DNA from: Nostoc sp. PCC 7120 = FACHB-418
Lineage (GTDB): Bacteria > Cyanobacteriota > Cyanobacteriia > Cyanobacteriales > Nostocaceae
Direction: 5' to 3'
DNA: 32,000 nt
NCBI RefSeq assembly: GCF_000009705.1
Contig: NC_003272.1
Coordinates: 6,150,001 to 6,182,000, forward strand
Part shown: positions 1-12,333 of the stretch, in pieces
How positions within the stretch are numbered: the first letter of the stretch is position 1
Layout of the letters: each line of letters begins with the position of its first letter
Translations under genes and position numbers: made by a program
Notes under the pieces: generated by a model
Database searches by the model: none
Seen by the model: the letters and a program-made list of their open reading frames with translations, nothing else
Told to the model about the DNA's origin: nothing

Positions 1-908
1 CCCCTAACAATTCTGGACAAAGTATCTTTACTATTGGGTTGGTAGTCAAAAAGTCTGACTGTAGTATTAAAAGCATTCTTGACTGGATTTCCTTGATTAT
101 CCAGGAATTCCAGCTTCACCCAATTTTTTCCAGGCTTAAAGCCTTTGAGGTAAACTGCTTGCCAGCGATCAAATACAAAGCTCTCACCATTTATAGTGCA
201 GCGAATACGCCAATCACTAAATTGGTCATTGGATTGCTCTTTCGCAGCTAGATGTAAAGGGGCGTTAGCCAGGTAAAAATCTAACAAGATTGGTTCTGCC
301 CCATAACTGCCTTGAGGACTGCTGTAAGTCAATAGAGGTAGTCTGGAGTCTGGATTATTGTCGTCGCTTTTCGTAAAAACGTGAAATGTCGTCTGGGCGT
401 AAGCACCCTCATTTTTAAAACTTTCATGCCAAGGACGGGAAGCAAAGACGCGCAGAGTATGAGTACCTGGAGACAAGTCAGACAACACCAAAGGCTGACT
501 TAAGTCATAAACGGGCATATAAGGTTGATTATCCACAATTACGTGTAGATAAGGGCCTAACTGCCATTGAGGATGCTTAAAAATTGGCAGATCCTTAACT
601 TGGAACCTCACCGAGACAGTATTGTCACTAATCACTTCCTCTGGTTGAGGGTTAACTATTGTCACCTGTGGTTGATAAATTTCTAAATTAGAACGTAATT
701 CTTGAATCACATCTGGTGGTGAGACTTCGGAAAATTGCTGAGAAATCTGCTGAGGTTTGTCTCTTGCACTAATGGATACCTGTTGACTAACAGCTTTCTC
801 ACTACAACTAGCCAAACCTAAGACTAGTACTAGTGTGATCAGCCACCTCAAAATAGTCGAACTTCCCAGAAGAACTTTCCTGAAAGGCCTTTTGTGCCAA
901 GGGTTCAT
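1..908 (-). CDS. Conserved hypothetical lipoprotein; the 3' end runs off the window, so only the N-terminal ~302 codons are present
   Basis: Not in the ORF track because there is no stop in the window. My translation from ATG (complement of 906-908) stays open down to nt 1. The N-terminus MNPWHKRPFRKVLLGSSTILRWLITLVLVLGLASC has a basic n-region, a hydrophobic core and an L-A-S-C lipobox. I recognise no family. Confidence 0.6.
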   Translation of the reverse strand, partial: MNPWHKRPFRKVLLGSSTILRWLITLVLVLGLASCSEKAVSQQVSISARDKPQQISQQFSEVSPPDVIQELRSNLEIYQPQVTIVNPQPEEVISDNTVSVRFQVKDLPIFKHPQWQLGPYLHVIVDNQPYMPVYDLSQPLVLSDLSPGTHTLRVFASRPWHESFKNEGAYAQTTFHVFTKSDDNNPDSRLPLLTYSSPQGSYGAEPILLDFYLANAPLHLAAKEQSNDQFSDWRIRCTINGESFVFDRWQAVYLKGFKPGKNWVKLEFLDNQGNPVKNAFNTTVRLFDYQPNSKDTLSRIVR

Positions 909-1252
909 ACCTTATACCTAGTTATAGTCTTGAACAACTGCAATTATTGTGGCTGAATTGAGCGATCGCCTACTATCACCTACAAGCTGAAATCTTCATC
1001 ACATACCATGAGTTTTTAGTAAAAATTAAAAATCAGGATTTTTTTTACAATTTGTTGTAAACATCAAAAACTAGATGAAAATAAATATACCCAAAGCAAA
1101 CTCAGCAAATTTGTCGTTGTTTTGGTATCAGAGGACATAAGTTTTACGAATTGTTATCCTTTGTAAATTAAATAGAGAAAGTATTGACTTTTTGCTAAAC
1201 ACTTTGCAGTGAAAAGGCAGATTAGACAAATATTCTGGCTATTTTGAATTAT

Positions 1253-1261
1253 TGTTAAAAT
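1253..1261 (+). promoter_or_regulatory. Candidate extended -10 element (TGTTAAAAT) for psaAB
   Basis: TG-N-TAAAAT lies about 155 nt upstream of the psaA ATG in an AT-rich spacer. There is no convincing -35. This is a pattern match only. Confidence 0.2.
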
Positions 1262-1417
1262 GTGTCTAACAAAGTACAAGTAAAGACTTTATAATTCAAC
1301 AGAAACAAATTTCCACATAGCGCTTTCATCGCTGCTCCAGCCACACTCTGGAGAAAGCGACTAAGTATCACTTTGTGGTTTCATGATTCCTCATTCCTTA
1401 TCACCAGAGGAGGTCGA

Positions 1418-3676
1418 ATGACAATTAGTCCTCCGGAGCGAGAGGAAAAGAAAGCAAGAGTAATCGTCGATAAAGATCCGGTTCCTACCTCATTTGAAAA
1501 ATGGGCTCAGCCAGGACACTTCGACAGAACTCTCGCTAGAGGTCCAAAAACCACCACATGGATTTGGAACCTCCACGCTCTCGCCCACGATTTTGATACA
1601 CATACAAGCGATTTAGAAGACATCTCCCGCAAAATATTTGCGGCGCACTTCGGCCACCTGGCAGTTGTGACAATTTGGTTGAGCGGGATGATTTTCCATG
1701 GCGCGAAGTTTTCTAACTACGAAGCCTGGTTAAGTGACCCGTTGAACGTGAGACCCAGTGCTCAAGTCGTTTGGCCCATTGTTGGACAAGACATATTGAA
1801 TGGTGATGTCGGTGGTGGATTCCACGGTATTCAGATCACCTCAGGCTTGTTCCAAGTATGGCGTGGCTGGGGTATCACCAACTCCTTCCAGCTTTACTGC
1901 ACAGCTATCGGCGGCTTGGTATTAGCAGGCTTGTTCCTATTTGCTGGCTGGTTCCACTACCATAAACGCGCTCCCAAACTGGAATGGTTCCAGAATGTGG
2001 AGTCGATGTTGAACCACCACCTGCAAGTCTTGCTAGGCTGCGGTTCCTTAGGATGGGCTGGACACTTAATTCACGTCTCCGCACCAATCAACAAGCTAAT
2101 GGATGCAGGGGTCGCAGTTAAAGATATCCCCTTGCCTCACGAGTTCATCCTCAACAAGAGCCTGTTGATTGATTTATTCCCCGGCTTTGCTGCTGGTTTA
2201 ACACCTTTCTTCACCTTGAATTGGGGTCAGTACGCTGACTTCTTGACCTTCAAGGGCGGTTTAAACCCTGTAACCGGTGGCTTGTGGATGACTGACATTG
2301 CTCACCACCACCTAGCGATCGCTGTAGTGTTCATCATTGCAGGACACCAATACCGCACCAACTGGGGTATCGGTCACAGCATCAAAGAAATTCTAGAGAA
2401 CCACAAAGGCCCCTTCACAGGTGAAGGCCACAAAGGTCTCTACGAAAACCTGACCACATCTTGGCACGCTCAATTAGCAACTAACCTTGCTTTCTTGGGT
2501 TCCTTGACAATCATCATCGCGCACCATATGTACGCGATGCCTCCCTACCCATACTTAGCAACTGACTACGCAACACAGTTGTGTATCTTCACCCACCACA
2601 TTTGGATCGGCGGATTCCTCATCGTCGGTGGTGCTGCTCACGCAGCAATATTTATGGTGCGGGATTACGATCCTGTTGTTAACCAAAACAACGTATTGGA
2701 TCGGGTGATTCGTCACAGAGATGCAATTATTTCCCACCTGAACTGGGTTTGTATTTTCCTTGGCTTCCACAGCTTTGGTTTATACATCCACAACGACACA
2801 ATGCGTGCCTTGGGTCGTCCCCAAGATATGTTCTCCGACACAGCAATTCAGTTGCAGCCGGTATTTGCTCAGTGGGTACAAAACCTGCACACCCTAGCTC
2901 CTGGTGGCACTGCACCAAACGCTTTAGAACCTGTTAGCTACGCCTTTGGCGGCGGTGTATTGGCTGTAGGTGGCAAAGTCGCAATGATGCCTATCGCATT
3001 AGGTACAGCCGACTTCTTGATTCACCACATCCACGCCTTCACCATTCACGTAACAGTTCTAATTCTGTTGAAAGGTGTATTGTTCGCCCGCAGCTCTCGT
3101 CTGATTCCAGACAAAGCTAATCTGGGCTTCCGCTTCCCTTGCGATGGTCCTGGTCGTGGTGGTACTTGTCAAGTATCCGGTTGGGATCACGTATTCCTCG
3201 GATTATTCTGGATGTACAACTCCCTATCAATTGTAATTTTCCACTTCAGCTGGAAGATGCAGTCTGATGTCTGGGGAACGGTAGACGCAGCAGGTAATGT
3301 GTCTCACATCACTGGTGGTAACTTTGCCCAAAGTGCCATCACAATCAACGGCTGGTTGCGTGATTTCTTGTGGGCGCAAGCTTCTCAAGTAATCAACTCC
3401 TACGGAAGTGCGTTGTCCGCTTATGGACTAATGTTCTTGGGCGCTCACTTTGTATGGGCATTCAGCTTAATGTTCCTGTTCAGTGGTCGTGGCTACTGGC
3501 AAGAATTAATTGAGTCCATTGTTTGGGCGCATAATAAACTGAAGGTAGCTCCTGCAATCCAACCCCGCGCTCTCAGCATTACTCAAGGTCGCGCTGTTGG
3601 TGTAGCTCACTACCTCCTGGGAGGAATTGCTACAACCTGGGCATTCTTCCACGCACACATACTTTCGGTAGGCTAG
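1418..3676 (+). CDS. psaA: Photosystem I P700 chlorophyll a apoprotein A1
   Basis: Unmistakable PsaA sequence ([29 protein letters not shown], and [12 protein letters not shown], the FX cluster loop). I moved the start from the ORF-track TTG at 1373 to ATG 1418, which is preceded by GGAGG at 1409-1413. Confidence 0.98.
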
Positions 3677-3691
3677 CAATTAGTTATAAAG

Positions 3692-3771
3692 AGTACTGAG
3701 TAGTGAGTACTAAGTGCTGGGTAAAAACAGAACTTAGGACTCAAAACTCAGAACTCTGGAATCTGAAACCT
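3692..3771. repeat. STRR-type heptamer arrays in the psaA-psaB spacer
   Basis: AGTACTG AGTAGTG AGTACTA AGTGCTG (3692-3719), then GAACTTA GGACTCA AAACTCA GAACTCT GGAATCT GAAACCT (3730-3771). The 7-nt periodicity is visible by eye. Confidence 0.6.
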
Positions 3772-3798
3772 GATGGCTAAAGGTCAGAGGAAATATCA

Positions 3799-6024
3799 AT
3801 GGCAACAAAATTTCCAAAATTTAGCCAGGATCTCGCACAGGACCCAACTACCCGTCGCATTTGGTATGCGATGGCTATGGGCAACGACTTTGAAAGCCAC
3901 GACGGCATGACCGAAGAAAATCTTTACCAAAAGATTTTCGCTACTCACTTCGGTCACCTGGCAATCATTTTCTTATGGGCTTCTAGCCTCCTGTTCCATG
4001 TAGCCTGGCAAGGTAACTTTGAACAGTGGATTAAAGATCCTCTACACGTCCGCCCAATTGCTCATGCAATTTGGGATCCCCACTTCGGTAAACCAGCTAT
4101 TGAAGCTTTTACCCAAGCCGGCGCTAACGGCCCAGTAAACATTGCTTACTCTGGTGTTTACCACTGGTGGTACACCATCGGTATGCGGACAAACACCGAA
4201 CTATACACAGGTTCAGTATTCCTGTTATTGTTTGCGTCCTTGTTCTTGTTTGCTGGTTGGTTGCACTTACAACCCAAGTTCCGTCCTAGCCTAGCTTGGT
4301 TTAAGAGTGCTGAATCTCGTCTGAACCACCACTTAGCAGGTTTGTTCGGCGTTAGCTCTCTAGCTTGGGCTGGTCACTTGATTCACGTTGCTATCCCCGA
4401 ATCTCGCGGACAGCACGTAGGTTGGGATAACTTCTTAAGCACTGCACCCCACCCAGCAGGCTTGCAACCCTTCTTCACAGGCAACTGGGGTGTTTACGCT
4501 CAAAACCCTGATACAGCAGGTCACATTTTCAGCACATCTCAAGGTGCTGGTACAGCGATTCTGACCTTTTTGGGTGGTTTCCATCCTCAAACAGAATCCC
4601 TGTGGTTGACAGACATGGCTCATCACCACTTGGCGATCGCTGTACTGTTCATTGTTGCTGGTCATATGTACCGTACCAACTTTGGTATTGGTCACAGCAT
4701 CAAAGAAATGATGAATGCCAAAACTTTCTTTGGCAAACCTGTTGAAGGTCCCTTCAATATGCCTCACCAAGGCATTTATGACACCTACAACAACTCTCTG
4801 CACTTCCAATTAGGTTGGCACCTAGCTTGTTTGGGTGTTGTTACCTCTTGGGTAGCGCAGCATATGTACTCTCTGCCTTCCTACGCATTCATTGCTAAGG
4901 ACTACACAACACAGGCAGCACTATATACTCACCACCAATACATAGCCATTTTCTTAATGGTTGGTGCTTTTGCTCACGGTGCTATCTTCTTAGTCCGTGA
5001 CTATGATCCTGAACAAAACAAAGGTAACGTGCTTGAGCGTGTGTTACAGCACAAAGAAGCGATTATCTCCCACCTCAGCTGGGTATCGCTATTCTTAGGC
5101 TTCCACACCTTAGGCTTATACGTTCACAACGACGTAGTAGTTGCTTTCGGAACACCTGAAAAGCAAATCTTGATTGAGCCAGTATTTGCTCAGTTCATTC
5201 AAGCTGCTCACGGTAAGGTACTCTACGGCTTAGATACATTGCTGTCTAACCCCGATAGCGTTGCCTACACAGCCTATCCTAACTACGCCAACGTTTGGCT
5301 ACCAGGCTGGTTAGATGCCATTAACTCTGGTACTAACTCCCTGTTCTTAACAATTGGCCCTGGCGACTTCTTGGTACACCATGCGATCGCCTTAGGTCTG
5401 CACACCACCACCCTCATCCTAGTCAAAGGTGCTTTGGATGCTCGTGGTTCTAAACTGATGCCCGATAAAAAGGACTTCGGTTATGCCTTCCCTTGCGATG
5501 GTCCAGGCCGTGGCGGTACTTGCGACATCTCCGCTTGGGACTCCTTCTACCTATCTTTGTTCTGGGCGTTAAATACAGTAGGTTGGGTAACATTCTACTG
5601 GCACTGGAAACATTTAGGTATTTGGCAAGGTAACGTTGCTCAGTTCAACGAAAATTCCACCTACCTCATGGGCTGGTTCCGTGACTACCTCTGGGCTAAC
5701 TCTGCTCAGTTGATCAACGGTTACAACCCATACGGCGTGAACAACCTGTCTGTCTGGGCGTGGATGTTCCTCTTCGGACACCTAGTTTGGGCTACTGGCT
5801 TCATGTTCCTCATCTCCTGGAGAGGTTACTGGCAAGAGTTGATCGAAACCCTAGTTTGGGCGCACGAACGTACTCCTATCGCTAACCTCGTTCGCTGGAA
5901 AGACAAGCCCGTTGCTCTCTCCATCGTTCAAGCTCGTGTAGTTGGTCTAGCTCACTTCACCGTCGGCTATGTCCTCACCTATGCAGCTTTCCTCATCGCC
6001 TCCACTGCTGGTAAGTTCGGTTGA
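3799..6024 (+). CDS. psaB: Photosystem I P700 chlorophyll a apoprotein A2
   Basis: Unmistakable PsaB sequence ([41 protein letters not shown]). It lies 122 nt downstream of psaA in the canonical operon arrangement. Confidence 0.98.
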
Positions 6025-6052
6025 TCTGGCTGCTAGTTTTGTAGGTAAGTAA

Positions 6053-6084
6053 AAAAATCCCCTGCCGCAAGGTAGGGGATTTTT
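6053..6084 (+). terminator. Rho-independent terminator of psaAB
   Basis: AAAAATCCCCTGCC-GCAA-GGTAGGGGATTTTT. The GC-rich stem has one G-U pair, a 4-nt loop and a T-run, and sits 29 nt after the psaB stop. Confidence 0.8.
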
Positions 6085-6666
6085 ACTTATCTATCTTAAG
6101 TAGTTATTAAATATACACTATTGAGTATCTTCCGCTACTCTAATAGAAGAAGTGTATTTATTGTAGAAAAACTATGACTATGCAGCCCGAAAGCACATCC
6201 TTGGGAGATTTATTTTGTCGCCGAATTCCTTTCAAAGTGCCAAAATACCAAAGAGCTTTTGATTGGGAGCAGGAAGAAATTGATGACTTTATTAAAGATT
6301 TGTTAGTGCTGTATAATTCAAGAAAAATTAATCCAAACCAGCCAAGAAAGCATTTCTTTGGTGGATTAGTAAGTATAAAACAGCATATACCTAACAGTTA
6401 TACAGGAAATTTATATGATTTAGTAGATGGTCAGCAAAGGCTAGCAACTTTTACATTAACAATTGCTTCCCTTGTTAATGCTTTTGAATCACTTGCTAAT
6501 GAATCTGAAATTGAAAAAAATACAGAAATCGCACAAGCAGCTAAATCTTATGCAAGTACGACAAAAGACGAATATTTAGTATATAAGGAAGTAATTAATG
6601 GTCAATTACAGCCTCGTCTTCGTCTTACTCTCTCAAAAGCAGATCATGTCTTTTTTGAAGACCTAA

Positions 6667-7575
6667 GAGGCTATTTATAAAGTAAATCTAAAGGAGAGCC
6701 ATCAGATAAAAAGGCAGCGATAAGATACTGTTTGTAGAGTGTATTTACATAGGAAACAATGAGACGAAAGTCTTATTCTACAGACCTTAATGACTCAGAA
6801 TGGGCAATTTTAGCTCCTTTGATTCCACCCGCTAAATGCGGTGGGCATCCCCGAACAACTGATATGCGAGAAGTATGCAACGCTATCTACTACCATCTGA
6901 AAACAGGTTGTCAGTGGGATATGCTTCCAGGGGATTTTCCTCCTAGTTCAACTGTTTACAGCTACTATCGTAAATGGCAAAAACGAGGTATCTGGGAGCA
7001 AATGAATCATACTTTGCGCGATCAAGTTCGTCAAAAAATGGGGAAGTCAACTCAACCCACGGCGATCGCGGCAGACAGCCAGTCGGTAAAAACGACTGAA
7101 AAAAGGGGGATGTGTACGGTTTTGATGGTGGCAAGAAGGTAAAAGGACGAAAGCGGCAAACTTTGGTTGATAGTCTGGGACTTTTGTTAAAAGTGGTTGT
7201 AAGTGAAGCAAATGCTGGAGAAAGATTACTTGCCGCCTATACTTTGATGGAACTGTTAGAAGAGCGTCCAGAATTACTGGAAAAAGTTGAAGTCATCTGG
7301 GTTGATTCCGGCTATGACGGTGATAAATTTGCGCTCTCTGTTTGGCTGATGATTCAAGCTCATGTTGAGGTAATCCGGCGTACTAATCAAGAATTTCAGG
7401 TTTTGCCCAAACGGTGGGTAGTAGAAAGAACATTTGGCTGGTTAAACCAGTACCGTCGTCTCAGTAAGGATTATGAGCGTCTCCCAGAAATGAGTGAGGC
7501 TGCCATATATGCCGTTATGACTCGTATTATGCTACGTCGTCTAGTCGTCTAAAGATTTACTTTATAAATGGTCTC
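6667..7575 (+). mobile_element. IS5-family insertion sequence (IS1031/IS427-like subgroup), 909 bp, apparently intact
   Basis: The 23-bp terminal inverted repeats are 6667-6689 GAGGCTATTTATAAAGTAAATCT and the reverse complement of 7553-7575, GAGACCATTTATAAAGTAAATCT (2 mismatches). A 3-bp TAA direct repeat flanks the element at 6664-6666 and 7576-7578. It encodes a two-frame DDE transposase. Confidence 0.85.
6759..7552 (+). CDS. IS5-family DDE transposase, made from orfA (6759..7142) and orfB (frame -1, to 7552) by a -1 frameshift
   Basis: orfA contains DLNDSEWAILAPLIPP...CQWDMLP (a DUF4096-type N-terminus). orfB contains GGKKVKGRKR...VDSGYDG...ERTFGWLNQYRRLSKDYE (DDE_Tnp_1). The frames overlap at the slippery run GAAAAAAGGGGG (7098-7109), and orfB is in the -1 frame relative to orfA. 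Confidence 0.85.
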
Positions 7576-8955
7576 TAATAAATGGTCGTAGCCCTAAATG
7601 CTCAAGAGATTCTCATAAAAAACTACAAAGCGCATGGGAATCGATTAGGACAAATCTTATTGAGAAAGTTATAAGTGATATTAGTAAAGCTAGCGTTTCT
7701 GATAAGCTTAATTCTCTTCTACAATTACGAAAATCTGTCATAGAGGACTGTTATGTAATCTATATTGTAAGTGAAGATAGAAGCGAAGCTTATAGGTTAT
7801 TTGCTGTATTAAACGATAGGGGTAGAGAGTTAAGTGATGGAAATAAACTTCGTTCAGATACTCTTGAACTATTAGAAAAACATGAAAGAGAACAAAGTGT
7901 TGTGGAAGATAACTGGGACACAATACTGAGTTATCCAGCAACAGAAGTAGAACAATTCTTTAGAAATTACTATGCTTCTCATCAGGGAAAAGGTGCAGCT
8001 AAGAGAAATTTAGCAGATACTTTTCGAGATGATATATTTAAATTTCCGCCCGGATTTGTTTTAGAAAGTTCTGATACTGAAGAAGCTAAAAAAGTATCTA
8101 AGACTATTTCTGATATAAAAAACGAGCAACAAGTTTTTATAGAAGTATCAGAACGAAGATGGCCATATCGAGAAGCAACTGCTTCCGATTGGCAACAAGA
8201 AAGGCTACAACGTTTAATAAAAGTATTAAGGCATACACTTTGTATACCACTATTATTGAGTTTTTATCATTGCCTTTCAGAAAAAGAATTTATAGAAGTC
8301 ATAGACATTTTAGAGCGTTTTGCTTTTCGTTATATTACTATTGTAGGAGCGCACGCTGAAAAAATATCTACAATATATTATGACCATGCAAAGTTGATCA
8401 GACAAGCACCTCAGGATTATAAAATTTCCACTTTAAGAAGTGAACTAAAAGCTGTACAAGAGAAGTATGCTCCTGACGAAACTTTTGAATCTTTATTAAT
8501 GCAAAAATTAAGCTATCAAGATAATTCTTCCAAAAAGATGATCATAAGACATTTTTTAACTACCTTGGAAGATCATACTGGCTGGTACTCTAATGGTGCA
8601 AATGGTAAACCAAAGCCAAACGAGATTAGCATTTTCGATTTGAGTAAAGTCACGATAGAGCATATATATCCACAAAACGTCAATAGTAATTTAATCTCAG
8701 AAGAGCTTGAACCGTGGAAGCATGACATTGGTAATTTATCTTTTTGGCCTGGACGCAACAATAGCACTGCAAGTAATAAGCTATTTGCTGATAAAAGAAA
8801 TCTTTATGAGCTTTCCAATGTAACTTTAAATAGAGAACTTGCAAAATTGGACGACTGGAATATCCAGCAATTCCAACAAAGAAAAATTAAATTACTAAAA
8901 ATGGCAAAAAAAATATTTACTGTTTAGAGATTAACTTGCTTATAAACAACCTTAA

Positions 8956-9995
<1,040 letters not shown>

Positions 9996-10150
9996 TTTTT
10001 CTAGGAAATAATAAGAGCGAGTTCCGGTATATTACACGTTAGTGCAGTCTTATTTTCGAGAACCTAAATTAGTTTGACCTCCGGTTAGGTGTAGCCCATT
10101 GCTCATATCACTGGTTACAGTAGATTCAACAAAATAACCATAGATGTCAT

Positions 10151-11182
10151 ATGCAGCTACCTATACCCCCACACTTTAACTCAGCAAAAGTTGGCGAAGT
10201 TTGGCGCGTACCTTACCAAGAACGTGCAGCAGAAGCGGAAGCATGGGCAAAACAACACAACATCCAACCAGCAGCTTTTGATAAAATCCGTATTTGTTTA
10301 TTGCTAATAGATGTGCAGAACACCTTTTGCATCCCAGAATTTGAATTATTTGTGGGTGGTGAATCTGGGACTGGTGCTGTAGATGATAATCGGAGAATAT
10401 GTGAATTTATCTATCACAACTTGGGTCTAATCACAAAAATTATTCCTACCTTAGATACCCATACTGCCACGCAGATTTTTCACCCCATATTTTGGGTGAA
10501 TGAGTCAAGCGAACATCCTACACCAGCAGCTACTAGTATTACTCTTACAGATATTGAAAAAGGGATTTGGAAAGTTAACCCAGATGTGGCTAACAGTATT
10601 ACTCATGGGGATTATGAATTATTAGAAAAACACGCTTATCATTACGTAAAACAACTAAGTCAAGATGGGAAATATCCTTTGACTGTTTGGCCTTACCATT
10701 CTATGTTGGGTGGTATAGGTCATGCGTTAGTTTCTGCTGTGGAAGAAGCAATATTTTTTCATGGTATAGCTCGTCACAGTCAAACACAGTTTGAGATTAA
10801 GGGTGACAATCCGTTAACAGAAAATTATTCTGTGTTACGTCCAGAAGTATTAATTGGTTTTGATGAAAATCCGCTAGCTGATAAAAATCAAAAATTAATT
10901 AAGCAGCTTTTAGAATTTGATGCTGTGATTATTGCTGGACAAGCAAAAAGTCATTGCGTTGCTTGGACAATTGATGATTTATTAACAGAAATTCAACAAG
11001 TAGATACAGCCCTTGCTAAAAAAGTTTATTTACTAGAAGATGCCTCTTCTCCTGTTGTGGTTCCTGGTGTTGTAGATTATACAGAACAAGCAGATGCCGC
11101 ATTTGCTAAGTTCCAAGCAGCAGGGATGCAAATTGTTAAATCTACTGAATCTATCGATAAATGGTTACAGGAAACTACTTAA
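10151..11182 (+). CDS. Isochorismatase-family cysteine hydrolase (nicotinamidase-like)
   Basis: [11 protein letters not shown] near the N-terminus and [16 protein letters not shown] near the C-terminus fit the isochorismatase-fold Asp/Lys/Cys pattern. Confidence 0.6.
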   Translation: MQLPIPPHFNSAKVGEVWRVPYQERAAEAEAWAKQHNIQPAAFDKIRICLLLIDVQNTFCIPEFELFVGGESGTGAVDDNRRICEFIYHNLGLITKIIPTLDTHTATQIFHPIFWVNESSEHPTPAATSITLTDIEKGIWKVNPDVANSITHGDYELLEKHAYHYVKQLSQDGKYPLTVWPYHSMLGGIGHALVSAVEEAIFFHGIARHSQTQFEIKGDNPLTENYSVLRPEVLIGFDENPLADKNQKLIKQLLEFDAVIIAGQAKSHCVAWTIDDLLTEIQQVDTALAKKVYLLEDASSPVVVPGVVDYTEQADAAFAKFQAAGMQIVKSTESIDKWLQETT

Positions 11183-11213
11183 ACCAACCAAAAGGTCACC
11201 CAACAGTCCGTGA

Positions 11214-12101
11214 TTATGGTTTCAAATAGTCTTTAGGATTTTCTGCCACCCAACCTAGAGATGAACTAACACGCACTTCAAAATGAAGATGAGGTTGTTT
11301 GGCTGTAGGTTGTCCTGTAGTGCCGACAGTGCCGAGTAACTGGCCTTGATTAACTTTTTGACCAACCTTAACATTTATGCTGTCAAGATGGGCGTAGCGG
11401 CTTTGGAGTCCGCCATTGTGGTTAATGATGACCAAATTGCCGTAAGTACCCTGCTCCTTAGCAAAGACTACCGTACCTGGTGCGATCGCCTCAACAGGAG
11501 TCCCCAATGCTGCCAATAAATCCACACCACTGTGGAAAAATACTTCACCCGTATTGGGGTTAATCTGCCAGCCATAAGGTAACCCTACCTCCACAGCCTG
11601 AGAAAAAGGATAGCCAGCTAACTGAGCAGAAGCTCTAGCAGTGGAAGGTCTAGGAGAATGGGTAAAAGAGCCATTAGGCGACCAATTCACCCCAGGAATA
11701 AACACAATTCTGGGATTTGCTTGACAGCCATTAATCTCAAATAGAGTATCAGGACGAACCTTGTATCTCGTAGCTATCTGCCGCCAAGTTTGACCCTGAG
11801 GCACTTCCACCACCACCCCGTTGTAAGGAGGAATTTGTAACTCGCTACCCACAGATGGGGAAGAACCATCATGGAGAGATGGATTCATGCCAATCAGCGT
11901 TTCCGGGCTGAGATTGTAGCGTTGGGCTATGGTTACTAACGTATCGCCACGAACCACTTTATGGCGCTTGAAGCGAGATAAAGCTGGAATTGGGCAACCC
12001 GCCACAGCAGCGTTAACCTTGTTTGCATTTGGGAGTATAGTCGTCAGTCCAATAGTGCTGGCTAAACTACAGAGTAAAAGCAGACGGTAGGAAACAGTCA
12101 T
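11214..12101 (-). CDS. Secreted LysM-domain M23 family metallopeptidase
   Basis: It has a signal peptide and two LysM-like repeats (HKVVRGDTLVTIAQRYNLSPETL and EVPQGQTWRQIATRYKVRPDTL). The M23 motifs are FHSGVDL and PHLHFEV. Confidence 0.85.
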   Translation of the reverse strand: MTVSYRLLLLCSLASTIGLTTILPNANKVNAAVAGCPIPALSRFKRHKVVRGDTLVTIAQRYNLSPETLIGMNPSLHDGSSPSVGSELQIPPYNGVVVEVPQGQTWRQIATRYKVRPDTLFEINGCQANPRIVFIPGVNWSPNGSFTHSPRPSTARASAQLAGYPFSQAVEVGLPYGWQINPNTGEVFFHSGVDLLAALGTPVEAIAPGTVVFAKEQGTYGNLVIINHNGGLQSRYAHLDSINVKVGQKVNQGQLLGTVGTTGQPTAKQPHLHFEVRVSSSLGWVAENPKDYLKP

Positions 12102-12157
12102 GTTGACAAATTACAAGAGAGCCTTAACCTTAAATTTTAGTTTGGGAATTGGAGATT

Positions 12158-12229
12158 AGGGACTGGGGACTGGGGACTGGGGGGAAGAACCCGTTACCAA
12201 TTACCCATTACCAATTACCCATTACCCAA
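12158..12229. repeat. STRR heptamer arrays in the divergent M23 / htrA spacer
   Basis: GGGACTG x3 (12158-12183; the complement CCCCAGT is the classic STRR unit), followed by TTACCAA/TTACCCA x5 (12194-12229). Confidence 0.8.
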
Positions 12230-12333
12230 TCCCTAAAAAAGCAACTCTATGTTAAATTTATCTGTCCAGTTAGGGATTGCTTGACTACACTTAGAAATTA
12301 GCAACTGCATTGCTGTCCTTGAGCGTAGTCATT

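Larger units (their letters stand above)
6174..8927 (+). pseudogene. GmrSD-family (DUF262 + DUF1524) type IV restriction-like nuclease, disrupted by an IS insertion
   Basis: The N-terminal fragment (6174..6680) carries KYQRAFDWEQEEIDDF and LVDGQQRLATF, which are DUF262 motifs. The C-terminal fragment (in frame from 7579, ORF track 7902..8927) carries IEHIYPQN...IGNLSFWPGRNNSTASNK, a DUF1524 His-Me finger. Removing 6667..7578 gives one uninterrupted 613-codon ORF. Confidence 0.8.

Noticed and set aside
39-251. 70-aa plus-strand ORF at the left edge
   Set aside because: It lies antisense within the much longer open minus-strand frame (1..908), which has a credible lipoprotein signal peptide. 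It has no SD or motif support.
1143-1160. HLR1-like direct repeat (TTTACGAA-TT-GTTATCCT) upstream of psaA, a possible RpaB site
   Set aside because: Only the first half-site is a good match to (G/T)TTACA(T/A)(T/A). The second is poor, and I cannot place it relative to a mapped TSS. The evidence is too weak to call.
1373-1417. TTG-initiated 15-codon N-terminal extension of psaA in the ORF track
   Set aside because: ATG 1418 is preceded by GGAGG at optimal spacing and gives the standard PsaA N-terminus (MTISPPERE...). The extension ([15 protein letters not shown]) looks like translated leader.
1905-4809. Antisense or alternate-frame ORFs inside psaA and psaB (1905..2087, 2555..2770, 2727..2918, 2749..2937, 4435..4809)
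   Set aside because: They are fully embedded in strongly supported psaA/psaB coding sequence, with no independent signals. They are typical shadow ORFs.
10077-10112. TCCGGT-N17-TCATAT upstream of the isochorismatase-like gene, as a heterocyst DIF-type promoter
   Set aside because: The hexamer differs from the TCCGGA consensus and the -10 is poor. A chance match is likely.
12158-12229. Could the tandem repeat arrays here, or at 14021-14100, 14627-14664, 21928-21955, 26529-26610 and 31876-31903, be CRISPR arrays?
   Set aside because: The units are 7 nt and directly abutting, with no spacers. This is the STRR class typical of heterocystous cyanobacteria, not CRISPR.
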